Source: Anaerolineae bacterium
Lineage (GTDB): Bacteria; Chloroflexota; Anaerolineae; Anaerolineales; UBA4823
DNA length: 64,000 bases
Assembly (NCBI GenBank): GCA_041479245.1
Contig: JBGOXS010000005.1
Span: 1,932 to 65,931, forward strand
Direction of reading: 5' to 3'
The position numbers and the translations under genes are program-made. Below, piece after piece: positions 44,836-54,436 of this stretch. The notes under the pieces were generated by a model, which was not told where the DNA came from, ran no database searches, and saw only the letters and a program-made list of their open reading frames with translations. Each line of letters opens with the position of its first letter. The stretch's first letter is position 1.

Positions 44836-45135
44836 ATGGCAAGAAGAATGAACGATACTTAAAGAGACAGGCTGCAGCGGATCCCCAAGGGGCTGGTAGT
44901 CTACCACTCTGGGCAGTGCCCATACTTGCCCATGTTCGTCAGCTCTCTGGGGAATGCTGCCAGCCAGATGAGTATCCCGGCGCAGATCGTGGAATTGAAG
45001 ACTAGTTGGGAAGCATGCACTCTCTCACCTTCTGCGTATGGAGTGTTCGGCGTGGTATATCATGGCCGGCTCCTATCCTATCGGCCGATAGGTGGCAAAA
45101 CCTTACGCCAGATGCTGGAGAATTCGAATGGATAA
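44836..45135 (+). pseudogene. YoaP-like domain ORF interrupted by an in-frame TAA after codon 8 (or using a non-ATG start)
   Basis: MARRMNDT-TAA-RDRLQRIPKGLVVYHSGQCPYLPMFV...SPSAYGVFGVVYHGRLLSY. Resembles the C-terminal domain of YoaP-type proteins (recalled). Its stop overlaps the next start (ATGGATAA). Confidence 0.4.
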
Positions 45136-46039
45136 GTTTTATCAGAAGGTGCCATCAGACGTGCGCGAAAAATTCATGCGCTTCCGCCAGTATCACCCTG
45201 TCACCCAGCGCAATATCGATGGGATAGCCTGGGAATATATTCGCGCGGGTGACCCGACCGGGCAGCCGCTGCTGCTCTTGCCAGGTGGGCTCGGTACAGC
45301 AGAATCAGGCTGGCGCATGATCTCAGAGCTCGATCACCAGAAATATTCAATCCTCTGCCCAAGTTATCCCACTCAGATCAGCACTATGACCGGGCTGGCG
45401 GATGGAATCGCCAAAATACTCACCCTAGAGAGCATTGGGATCACTTATCTGATCGGCGGGGCATACGGGAGTATGCTGGCGCAAGTGTTTATCCACCGTC
45501 ATGCAGATTTAGTCAGTAAGCTGGTGTTAACACACGCCTATCCACCTTTAGCCAGCCGGATAAAAAGCGTGAACCCCACCCTACGTTTGTTCAGATGGAT
45601 GCCGATGCCCCTGGTGAAGAATATCATGCGCATCGCCATGACCGGACGGCTGCCTCACAAACCACCTGCTGAGCTGCTGCTGATCGCGGCGCAGATCCGT
45701 GAGACGCTGGACACCCGGTTTACCCGTCAGGGTGCCATGTGCACTTACCTGAGGATGGTAGATTTCGACAAGCAGAACTTCACCTACACCGACCTGGACG
45801 GCTGGCCGGGTAAGACGCTGATTATCCTGGCGGAGGATGACCGCACCACTACAGAGGACCTGCGCAATGTGATGCAGGCATTTTACCCTGGTGCCAGCTT
45901 GCACCTGCTTAAGGGGAATATCGAATCGGCGGCGCTGCTGGAGACCTCAGAATATATCAAGGTGATGGACGCGTTCTTCGAGGGGAAAGGCGATTTCATC
46001 GCAGAGAGCGCAGACAGGGCGGAGAATCCAGAGGAGTAA
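45128..46039 (+). CDS. Alpha/beta hydrolase fold protein
   Basis: PLLLLPGGLGT and LIGGAYGSMLA nucleophile-elbow region. Start taken at ATG 45128 (MDKFYQK). Confidence 0.65.
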   Translation: MDKFYQKVPSDVREKFMRFRQYHPVTQRNIDGIAWEYIRAGDPTGQPLLLLPGGLGTAESGWRMISELDHQKYSILCPSYPTQISTMTGLADGIAKILTLESIGITYLIGGAYGSMLAQVFIHRHADLVSKLVLTHAYPPLASRIKSVNPTLRLFRWMPMPLVKNIMRIAMTGRLPHKPPAELLLIAAQIRETLDTRFTRQGAMCTYLRMVDFDKQNFTYTDLDGWPGKTLIILAEDDRTTTEDLRNVMQAFYPGASLHLLKGNIESAALLETSEYIKVMDAFFEGKGDFIAESADRAENPEE

Positions 46040-46212
46040 ACCTTTACCTAAGGATGGGCCGCAAAGTGGTGCGCCCTCCCGCGCCCTCCAGCGCCACACC
46101 TTGCAGATATATGAGATGATCTGGTTGATGGACAAAGATATAAGTTAAAACTACTCAGTTACCATCACTTTGCTGGCGTGGAGAAATTTCCCCGCTTCGA
46201 ATCAAGGATATG

Positions 46213-47235
46213 TTATTCACCACCTGTTCCATACAGGTGGCAATGAACCAGATGGCCTGGATTGATCTGCGTCGACCCTGCCCTAACCTGCCGACAGATG
46301 TCCATCGCCCGATTGCAGCGCGGAGCGAACAGGCATCCAGGAGGTGGATTGATCAGCGAGGGGACATCGCCGCGGGTAACTATAGCTTTCTTAGTCCTCA
46401 ACCCGGCGTGTGGGTCTGGAACAGCCGAGAGCAATAATTGGGTGTAGGGATGGGCAGGATTGCCCATGATTTCTTCCCTATCGCCCCCTTCAACAATGTG
46501 CCCAGCATACATGACCATTGTCTTGTCACCGAAATAGCGGGCGCTGGCCAGGTCATGGGTGATATAGACATACGAGATACCACGATCTTCTTTGAGCTGA
46601 ACCAATAGGTTAAGAATGCCCATACGGATGGATACATCAAGCATCGATATAGGCTCATCAGCCAAAATCAGCTCAGGGTTGACAGCCAGGGCGCGGGCAA
46701 TGGCGACTCGCTGTCGCTGACCGCCTGAAAGCTGGTGTGGGTAACGGCTGGCGATGGTATCGGCAGGTTTCAATTCGACTGTGTCTAGTAACTCACATAC
46801 CCGTTCATGGATTTGCTGCCGGCCAGTAGCTTTTTTATGGATGACAAGCAGACGGGAAAGATGATGTTCGATGGTGTGGACTGGATTTAATGAGGAAAAG
46901 GGATCCTGGAAGATCATCTGAACCTGGCGCCGGTAATCCAGCGTGGCTTGTCGAGGTTCGGTTTTGAGGATATCCTGACCTTTGAAGAAGATATTCCCAC
47001 CAGTTACAGGGATCAGCCGTGCAATCATGCGTATGGTGGTAGTTTTACCACTCCCCGATTCTCCCACCAGAGCTACTACCTGCCCACGTTCTACCGTGAA
47101 AGAGACGTCCTCGACAGCATGAACTTGCTTCGTATTCAGGAATGTGCCAACCGGAAAATGCTTGGTAAGATTGCGGATTTCCAGTAGGACCTCGGGTTGA
47201 GCTGTTTTTTCACCCATAGACTCTACCTTATTCAT
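46213..47235 (-). CDS. Opp/Dpp-type ABC transporter ATP-binding protein (F-type)
   Basis: Walker A GESGSGKTT, signature LSGGQRQR, Walker B ILADEPISMLD. Confidence 0.9.
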   Translation of the reverse strand: MNKVESMGEKTAQPEVLLEIRNLTKHFPVGTFLNTKQVHAVEDVSFTVERGQVVALVGESGSGKTTTIRMIARLIPVTGGNIFFKGQDILKTEPRQATLDYRRQVQMIFQDPFSSLNPVHTIEHHLSRLLVIHKKATGRQQIHERVCELLDTVELKPADTIASRYPHQLSGGQRQRVAIARALAVNPELILADEPISMLDVSIRMGILNLLVQLKEDRGISYVYITHDLASARYFGDKTMVMYAGHIVEGGDREEIMGNPAHPYTQLLLSAVPDPHAGLRTKKAIVTRGDVPSLINPPPGCLFAPRCNRAMDICRQVRAGSTQINPGHLVHCHLYGTGGE

Positions 47236-48199
47236 CGAACAAGTGGCACGCCAGGGAGTGATTGGATGAAATTTGCCTGGTAACCGGTACGATCTGGCTG
47301 CAAATAGGAAGTACTCTAGGACAGCGCGGATGGAATTTACAACCCGATGGGGGTGAAATCAGGTTGGGTGGGGAGCCGGGAATTCCAGATAATTTTTGCT
47401 CCAATCCGCTAATCGATGGGAAGGAGTTTATCAGTCCCAGCGTATATGGATGCTGAGGATTTTCGAAAAGCTCGCGCGCGGGTGCTTTTTCGACAAGCTC
47501 GCCGGCGTACATGATAGAGATATGGGTCGAGATCTCTACCAGCAGGGACAGATCGTGAGTAATAAATAGGATCGAGAAACCCAGCTGTTGACGCAGTAGA
47601 GTGATTTGCTCAAGGATGTCTTTCTGAACCACCACATCCAAGGCAGTTGTGGGTTCGTCCAAGATCAACAAGGGTGGATTCAGGGAAAGTGCAATAGCAA
47701 TGACCACACGCTGCCGCATCCCACCTGAAAGCTGGTGAGGATATGAATCGAGGCGCGCTGGTTCGATGCCAACCAGATCGAACAGCTCAATCGCTCGTTC
47801 TCCTGCTTCTGATTTACTCATGCCGTGGTGTAGCATCACATCAGTGATTTGATCGCGAATTTTCATTACTGGATTGAGAGCGTTCATCGCACTTTGGAAA
47901 ACAATTGAGATCTCCTTCCAGCGGAATTGCTCAAGCTCTAATTCATCCATCTTGAGGATATCCATCTCTTCAAACAGAACCTGTCCACCAGTAATCAGAG
48001 CTGGCGGATGCAGAATTCTAAGGATGGCGTGGGCTATCGTCGATTTACCACTGCCTGATTCACCTGCCAATCCGACTACTTCGCCTGGTTGGATCTTGAA
48101 CGAGACACCATCGACAGCTTTAACCACCCCGTCGGTTGTCAGGTAATTGACCTTTAGGTCGCGTATATCAAGCAGTGAATTAGTGGAGATCGAGTTCAT
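47228..48199 (-). CDS. Opp/Dpp-type ABC transporter ATP-binding protein (D-type)
   Basis: GESGSGKST, LSGGMRQR, LILDEPTTALD. Confidence 0.9.
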   Translation of the reverse strand: MNSISTNSLLDIRDLKVNYLTTDGVVKAVDGVSFKIQPGEVVGLAGESGSGKSTIAHAILRILHPPALITGGQVLFEEMDILKMDELELEQFRWKEISIVFQSAMNALNPVMKIRDQITDVMLHHGMSKSEAGERAIELFDLVGIEPARLDSYPHQLSGGMRQRVVIAIALSLNPPLLILDEPTTALDVVVQKDILEQITLLRQQLGFSILFITHDLSLLVEISTHISIMYAGELVEKAPARELFENPQHPYTLGLINSFPSISGLEQKLSGIPGSPPNLISPPSGCKFHPRCPRVLPICSQIVPVTRQISSNHSLACHLFDE

Positions 48200-49169
48200 G
48201 GATCACAGAGGTTGAACGCTTGGAGGTGATGTGGTATTTCTTAAGTACACGGGTAATCTCTTTTTCACTGCGTAAGCGTGGATTGGTTACCTCATCCATG
48301 GCATATATTAGCATGGTAGTGGCAAAACAAACCAGAGCGATGCAAAGACCTGGGGGAAGGAATGTCCACCAGGCTTCTTGCAAAAGGGCGGAACTGTTAG
48401 TAGCCCAATAAAGCATTGTACCCCACGAAACGATATTTACATTTTCAAATCCGAGAAATGCAAGTCCTGCGTCGGCACCGATGGTGTAAATCACTGCGCC
48501 AAAAAAGGATAACATAACCAACGAGAGCATATTAGGTAGGATTTCAGAAAAGACGATACGCGGCATACCTTCGCCGGTTACAACAGCAGCAGAAACAAAA
48601 TCTTTCTCCCGCAAGCTGAGCATCTGAGAACGAAACACTCTGGCGGCCCAGGCCCATCCGGTGAAGGTCAGAACTAAAATGACCGTCACCATGCCTTGGG
48701 GTAAAAAGGAAGCCAGAGTAATCAATAAAGGCAGCCCTGGGATGAGAAGGAATATATTCGTAAACAGGTTTAGAACACCATCTACCAATCCCGGGATATA
48801 GCCTGAGATCATCCCGATTATAAGACCTATCAACGTGCTCAATATCCCGACAGTAAACCCAATAAAAAGTGAAACCCGTGAACCCCAGACCAATTGCGAA
48901 AAGACATCCTGACCCTGACCGGTCGTTCCCAGCCAATGGGTGCTGGAAGGAGGCAGGTGTGCTTCATCTACATATCTTTCTGGATCATAAGGTGCAATCA
49001 AGGGTGCAAAAATTGCCATCAGGATGAATATCACTAAAAGCACCAGACCAAGCATAGCTTTAGGTTGGGTGATCAGGCGCTTGAGAAAATCCAGCTGAGC
49101 GGAGACAGGCTTACCATACTGGGTTTGATCAGGCGCTTCTTTTATAACTTTATTTGCATAGATTGTCAT
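48180..49169 (-). CDS. Opp/Dpp-type ABC transporter permease (C-type)
   Basis: Polytopic membrane protein containing an EAA-type loop. Placed by operon position. Confidence 0.85.
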   Translation of the reverse strand: MTIYANKVIKEAPDQTQYGKPVSAQLDFLKRLITQPKAMLGLVLLVIFILMAIFAPLIAPYDPERYVDEAHLPPSSTHWLGTTGQGQDVFSQLVWGSRVSLFIGFTVGILSTLIGLIIGMISGYIPGLVDGVLNLFTNIFLLIPGLPLLITLASFLPQGMVTVILVLTFTGWAWAARVFRSQMLSLREKDFVSAAVVTGEGMPRIVFSEILPNMLSLVMLSFFGAVIYTIGADAGLAFLGFENVNIVSWGTMLYWATNSSALLQEAWWTFLPPGLCIALVCFATTMLIYAMDEVTNPRLRSEKEITRVLKKYHITSKRSTSVIHELDLH

Positions 49170-49178
49170 TTTTTACTT

Positions 49179-50156
49179 TCACTTAACTCGCACACGAGGG
49201 TCAAGTTGGACGTACAATATATCGACCAGGAAATTGGCAGCAAGCACTGCCAGAGTTAACATCAGGAAAAGCGCCTGCATCAACGGATAATCAAGGGTGG
49301 TTACAGACCGCACCAGGTAAAATCCAAGGCCGGGATAGGAAAAGACCATTTCAGTAAGTAACTGACCTGCCAGGATAAACCCGAAGGACATACCGAATTG
49401 GGTAATGTTGGGGAGGATGGCGTTTCGCATCGCATATTTATACATCACGGTACGCTGCGAAAGTCCTTTTGCTTCTGCCATGATGATATAGTCTTCGTTA
49501 AGGACTGTGATCATTGTGCTCCGCATCCCCATCATCCAACCTCCAACCGAGACAAGAATGAGGGTGGCTGCAGGAAGCACCATGTGTTCTGCTACGCTGG
49601 TGATATAGGGCCAGGTGAAACCGGGCGACAAATAATCAGAGTATGCATGAGACAGGGGAAACCATCCCAGCTTAAATCCGAAGAAATACAAAGCTACCAT
49701 AGCCAACCAGAAATAAGGGAAAGAGCCAATAAAACCTGACAATCCTGGCAGGGTTGAATCAAGGAAACCATTTCGATTCCACGCAATGATGACACCCAAA
49801 GCAGTGCCCAGTACGAAGCTAATAATGAGAGTGATCACGCCGAGCAACAGCGTCCACATGAATCCAGTTGCGATGATGGATGAAACACTGGCAGGGTAAG
49901 CCGATATTGAGACCCCGAAATCGCCTCTCAAAGCATGGCTTAGATACTGAAAATACTGGCCCACCAACGGAGCGTCTGTAAACCCGTAAGCTGCCTTGAT
50001 TGATTCGATCTGTCCCGGGGTGAGACGTCCATGCATTCGACCAAGCATGGATGTAACTGGATCACCAGGCATCATTCGAGGTAGAAAAAAATTTAAAGTC
50101 AATGATGCCCAAGCGGCTATCAGGTAAAGCCCTATCTGTCTGAGTAAATATCTCAT
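49179..50156 (-). CDS. Opp/Dpp-type ABC transporter permease (B-type)
   Basis: N-terminus MRYLLRQIGLYLI and the EAA loop region MAEAKGLS. Confidence 0.85.
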   Translation of the reverse strand: MRYLLRQIGLYLIAAWASLTLNFFLPRMMPGDPVTSMLGRMHGRLTPGQIESIKAAYGFTDAPLVGQYFQYLSHALRGDFGVSISAYPASVSSIIATGFMWTLLLGVITLIISFVLGTALGVIIAWNRNGFLDSTLPGLSGFIGSFPYFWLAMVALYFFGFKLGWFPLSHAYSDYLSPGFTWPYITSVAEHMVLPAATLILVSVGGWMMGMRSTMITVLNEDYIIMAEAKGLSQRTVMYKYAMRNAILPNITQFGMSFGFILAGQLLTEMVFSYPGLGFYLVRSVTTLDYPLMQALFLMLTLAVLAANFLVDILYVQLDPRVRVK

Positions 50157-50236
50157 GCCTGAATCTCAAATATGTGGGAGCACCGAATAAAGAGGGGTTA
50201 TCTCGGGACCCCGAGACAACCCCGTTAGTTTGTGTA

Positions 50237-51907
50237 TTATTTTGGTGTAATTGTAGTCAAAACGATTAATGTCGCATTATATGGTGAATAACCATAGGGG
50301 ACACCTGGAGCGTAGTTATTATCCAGGCTTGGCCAACCGGTGAAACGAGCAGTGCTGTATTCGTACCAGTCTGGTCCCGGGAAAAGGGGCAGCACCGGTG
50401 CAAGATCAACGAAGAGCTTCTCGATATCAGCCATAATGGATTTTTGCTCAGTGACGTCAGAAGTTTTAGCGAATTGGTCCAACAGCACATCTGCCTCAGG
50501 GCTGACAAAGCGGGTCCAGTTCTCGCTGGCTGATTCTCCGATCGGCTGAGCAGTCAACTTGCTCATCTGACCTCGGTAAAAATTATACGGTGTTGGTCCA
50601 CCTGAACCCCAGCCGAGCGCCCATTCAAACTCACCCTTCGTAACTGAATCTGTCCAGGCAGTCTCTTCGGGAGTGGTCAGGTTGATAGCAATACCCAAAT
50701 CAGTCATATTTTGTGAAATGATTTGGCAAGCAGAGATCCAATCCGTCCAACCAGAGGGAACGATCAGATCATACTTCATCGGGTTACCATCTTTGTCGAC
50801 GCGAGTGCCATCCGCACCGCGAGTAAAGCCTGCGGCATCCAATATCTCATTCGCCTTGGTGGCATCGTAGGCCATCCAGGTGCCTGCATCGATGGCAGCT
50901 TGGTCCTTCCAGACTTTATACGTATCACCCAATCCGGTAGCATCAGCCACTGGAATGTAGTCAAACATGGCTGTTTTTACGATCATTGCCCGGTCAATGC
51001 CCATGCTAATGGCCTTACGAATATTGGGATCATCAAAGGCTTTTAGCGTGGAGTTAATCATCAGAGAAATGCCATCGCCACCGACGAAGTAGTAATGATT
51101 GTTTTCGGGATTTTTATCGACGTAAGTGGTTTGAATGTCAGGCACAAAATTTCCAGTCCAATCCAGGTCGCCATTGACCAGTGCCAGGTTCGCAGCATCA
51201 TTATCTGCGTAAGCGGGGTAGCGGATTCCCTGGAAAGCTGGTTTCCCTTCCTGCCAATAGTGCGTATTCTTTTCGAGAACATAGATCTGACTCTCAAACT
51301 TGGTTACCTGAGTGAACGGACCCGTAGCTATCGGATTATCATTCGTCCAGGTGAGAGGATCGGAAATATCCTTCCAAATATGCTCCGGAACAATAATCTG
51401 ATTGGCAATATCATATAGGGCGGGGGTGTAAACAGATTTAAACTTAAATTCCACGGTGTTATCATCGGGAGCAGAATAGGAATCGATGTATTCGCCTAAG
51501 ACGCTCGTGGCAGTTCCCGTAAGGGCCTCGTTATTCTTTAGCAGATCATATGTATACACCACGTCTTTTGCGGTGAAGGGATTCCCATCAGACCATTTAA
51601 CATTTTTCCTGATTGTGAAAGTCAATGTAAGGTTATCGGCGCTCCAGACATAACTTGTAGCCAACCAGGGAACCAATTCACCGGTCGATTTATTGTAGAT
51701 CATCATCGGTTCGTAAATTGCGGTAGCAGTGGAGCCCAGGGCACTGGATGAAAATGGGTTGAAATTACGAACCCACGTCGACACCTGTTCATAGTTGACG
51801 GTCAGGAATTTTCCGGTGGTAGATGCAGCTGGAGTACCACAGGCCGAAAGAAGCATGCTGCCCACAATTAGAATACTAATCACATACAAAATTATTCTTT
51901 TTTTCAT
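50237..51907 (-). CDS. ABC transporter substrate-binding lipoprotein, family 5
   Basis: Start ATG 51907 with a GGAGGAG RBS. Lipobox LLSAC. About 555 aa. Confidence 0.85.
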   Translation of the reverse strand: MKKRIILYVISILIVGSMLLSACGTPAASTTGKFLTVNYEQVSTWVRNFNPFSSSALGSTATAIYEPMMIYNKSTGELVPWLATSYVWSADNLTLTFTIRKNVKWSDGNPFTAKDVVYTYDLLKNNEALTGTATSVLGEYIDSYSAPDDNTVEFKFKSVYTPALYDIANQIIVPEHIWKDISDPLTWTNDNPIATGPFTQVTKFESQIYVLEKNTHYWQEGKPAFQGIRYPAYADNDAANLALVNGDLDWTGNFVPDIQTTYVDKNPENNHYYFVGGDGISLMINSTLKAFDDPNIRKAISMGIDRAMIVKTAMFDYIPVADATGLGDTYKVWKDQAAIDAGTWMAYDATKANEILDAAGFTRGADGTRVDKDGNPMKYDLIVPSGWTDWISACQIISQNMTDLGIAINLTTPEETAWTDSVTKGEFEWALGWGSGGPTPYNFYRGQMSKLTAQPIGESASENWTRFVSPEADVLLDQFAKTSDVTEQKSIMADIEKLFVDLAPVLPLFPGPDWYEYSTARFTGWPSLDNNYAPGVPYGYSPYNATLIVLTTITPK

Positions 51908-51983
51908 TTTCTCCTCCAGAAATTGAATATTGGTTTTCAAAACAGAGCCAATGATGTAATTGAATCGAGCACCTCCTTCACTT

Positions 51984-53000
51984 TTATCGATTGCAACCAC
52001 AGGATTGCCGGATAATCAATTCAGTTGGTAATGTGATCCGTGGTTCAGTGTAATCACCACGAATTAAATTGATCAACTGGTGGACAGCTTCGCGTCCAAC
52101 CTCTTCAATTGGAGCATGAATCGTAGTCAATGCAGGATTAAGTAGCCGGGCAAAAATTGAATCATCAAAACCAGCCACCGAAACATCTTCTGGTACTCGT
52201 ATACCGGCCTCTTGTAAAGCCTGCAGCACACCAATGGCACTATCATCATCACCCGTAAAAATAGCATCAAATTCAACTTTATAGATCAGAAGCTTTTTAA
52301 CAGTATTATAGGCATATTCTGTATCAAAGTTTCCAATCGCTACAAGATTGGGATCAAATGGAAAATCATGCTCCCTCAAAGCCTGACAATATCCCATTTC
52401 ACGAGCACTAGAATCCTCATTGCCGGGTGGCCCTTGTAAGAATACGATTCGTTTTCGGTGATGAACTTTTATCAGATGCGCGACAATCTGACGGGCACCT
52501 TCCTGATTTTCAATGATAATCACAGGGATATCAATACCTGACGGTGGCGATTGGTGCATCAGAACCACAGGAAAGCCGATGCGATTGAGCCTGGTAAGTT
52601 CAACATTATCTAAGGCATCGGTAAAACTGAGCAGACCATCCGTATTGTGTTCAGTCAGAGTGCGCTTTCGGGCATTACCCGCATGCGAACTTCCAGTTGA
52701 GTGGATAAGAAGGTCAAATCCTGCCTCGCTCGAAACTGCTTCTATGCCTCGCAGTAAAGGAGAGTAGAAATTACCACCGATATCAAGCAGAAGCAAGCCA
52801 ATGGTGTTGGTGCGATTCGTTGCAAGGTTGCGAGCGATCGGGTGGGGAACAAAGTTTAATTCGTCCATTGCCCGTTGCACGCGCAGCGCAGTATCAGGAG
52901 CAAGGAGCGTGGCGTTGTTGAGGTAACGACTGACAGTAGCTACCGATACACCTGCCATGCGGGCGACGTCGCGAATTGTTGAAGAATTTTTACTTTTCAC
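51984..53000 (-). CDS. LacI family transcriptional regulator
   Basis: HTH TIRDVARMAGVSVATVSRYLNN plus a periplasmic-binding-protein-like core. GTG start at 53000. Confidence 0.9.
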   Translation of the reverse strand: MKSKNSSTIRDVARMAGVSVATVSRYLNNATLLAPDTALRVQRAMDELNFVPHPIARNLATNRTNTIGLLLLDIGGNFYSPLLRGIEAVSSEAGFDLLIHSTGSSHAGNARKRTLTEHNTDGLLSFTDALDNVELTRLNRIGFPVVLMHQSPPSGIDIPVIIIENQEGARQIVAHLIKVHHRKRIVFLQGPPGNEDSSAREMGYCQALREHDFPFDPNLVAIGNFDTEYAYNTVKKLLIYKVEFDAIFTGDDDSAIGVLQALQEAGIRVPEDVSVAGFDDSIFARLLNPALTTIHAPIEEVGREAVHQLINLIRGDYTEPRITLPTELIIRQSCGCNR

Positions 53001-53013
53001 GTTTATGCAAAAA

Positions 53014-53040
53014 TGAAACCGGTTACAGTAACCGGTTTCA
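53014..53040. promoter_or_regulatory. Two abutting LacI-type operator palindromes (the hairpin also fits a terminator for the upstream gene)
   Basis: TGAAACCGGTTACA (53014-27) fits TGnAAnCGnTTnCA. Its mirror, AGTAACCGGTTTCA (53027-40), shares one base with it. The whole 53010-53044 stretch is a 17-1-17 palindrome lying 10-14 nt upstream of the LacI start. Confidence 0.6.
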
Positions 53041-53082
53041 TTTTACCCAATTAAAATATTTTTGTCAATTATTTCAATTTCT

Positions 53083-53826
53083 TCATGCTTCGAGCTTGGA
53101 CCAGGCAAGCAAGCGATATTCTTTCTCGGTGCGGTAACCCAGCTTGCGCGCCAGGGTAGCCGAGGCGACATTACCCTTGGCACAATTCCAATACGTCTGG
53201 TAGCCCAACTGTTCCATCGTGTGTATCAGGTGAGCGCAGGTTAGGTATGCGTAACCCCTGCGCATGTAGTGCGGCTGGGTTTCAACTCCGATTTCTATCA
53301 CCCCGTTTGCCGCCGGTCCAGCGAACGCCTCGCATAGCAGCGCGTCATCACGCAGCAGGCACAACCCGTAGCCCCACTCCAACGCCTGCGAGATACTGCC
53401 AAACATACGGATGAGCAGGTTACGGTCGAGGATTTGCTTGCCGAGGGAGCTGTCCAGTCGGCGCAGCTCGCATCCATCCGGCGCTGGTGGCAAAGCCTGC
53501 CCGGATTCACGGTCGGTGTATTCTAGGGTATATCCAATGTAATCCGCTCCTCTGGGTAGGAGCTGCCAGCGTGGGTCCGCTTCGCTCAAGCCTACTAGCA
53601 CCTCCCCGTTTTTGCACAAGCCCGCGATTAACTCGTTGAGCAGATTCGCCGGCACCTCCCCACCCAGGTAAATGGAACCGAATGCCGCTTCCTGGAGTAC
53701 TCCCCAGCTGGGGGTCTCCGGGTGGTCGGTGAAGATCTTCCCCGCGGTGTGACCATCCAACACTGCCTGGCAGCGAAGGGCAGCCGGGTCGCTGGGGAGG
53801 AATAATGTCTTGAGCTCGGGCGTCAC
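53083..53826 (-). CDS. GNAT family N-acetyltransferase
   Basis: C-terminal GNAT core (RRGYAYLTCAHLI...NVASATLARKLGY). Confidence 0.65.
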   Translation of the reverse strand: MTPELKTLFLPSDPAALRCQAVLDGHTAGKIFTDHPETPSWGVLQEAAFGSIYLGGEVPANLLNELIAGLCKNGEVLVGLSEADPRWQLLPRGADYIGYTLEYTDRESGQALPPAPDGCELRRLDSSLGKQILDRNLLIRMFGSISQALEWGYGLCLLRDDALLCEAFAGPAANGVIEIGVETQPHYMRRGYAYLTCAHLIHTMEQLGYQTYWNCAKGNVASATLARKLGYRTEKEYRLLAWSKLEA

Positions 53827-53873
53827 CTGCTCAGGTACGAGCTGAAGGATGGGGGGGCGGTAGAGGGATGTAA

Positions 53874-54317
53874 TTATGTTATGCTTGTATAATGCAGAAT
53901 GTATTGCTCGAGCTGGGTGATCATTTCCTTCTGTTCAGAGATGATCGAACGCACCAAATCGCCAATCGAGACCATGCCAGTCATTTCCTCGCCTTCGACA
54001 ACTGGCAAGTGACGGATGTGCTTGGCGGTCATCAGGGTAAGTCCCTGTTCATTGGTCATGTCGGGGGTAGCATAGACCACATGCGGGGTCATGATCTCAC
54101 GCACGAACGTCTTTCTGGATGTTTTCCCCAACAAAATGACCTTGCGGGCATAGTCACGCTCAGAGAATATACCCACCAGCTTTGCGTGGTCCAACACCGG
54201 CAGTGCCCCAACGTCCTTATCTGCCATGAGCTGCAGAGCTTCGTAAACGGTTGCGCCTGGCGAGGTGCCCCAAACATCACTCCCCTTTTCACTTAAGATC
54301 TTACGTATGGTTTGCAT
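53874..54317 (-). CDS. CBS domain pair protein
   Basis: Two CBS repeats (GALPVLDHAKLVGIFSERD; HLPVVEGEEMTGMVSIGD). Confidence 0.8.
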   Translation of the reverse strand: MQTIRKILSEKGSDVWGTSPGATVYEALQLMADKDVGALPVLDHAKLVGIFSERDYARKVILLGKTSRKTFVREIMTPHVVYATPDMTNEQGLTLMTAKHIRHLPVVEGEEMTGMVSIGDLVRSIISEQKEMITQLEQYILHYTSIT

Positions 54318-54436
54318 AGTGTCTTCTCCTGGCGAATAATTGTGAACCCCGGTTGTCTGTTGGAGGAATTATATTCAGAAATATGGATTTTACAAGCCGC
54401 GCTTTATGAGAATTAGCTGGAAGTATAATTTACAGG

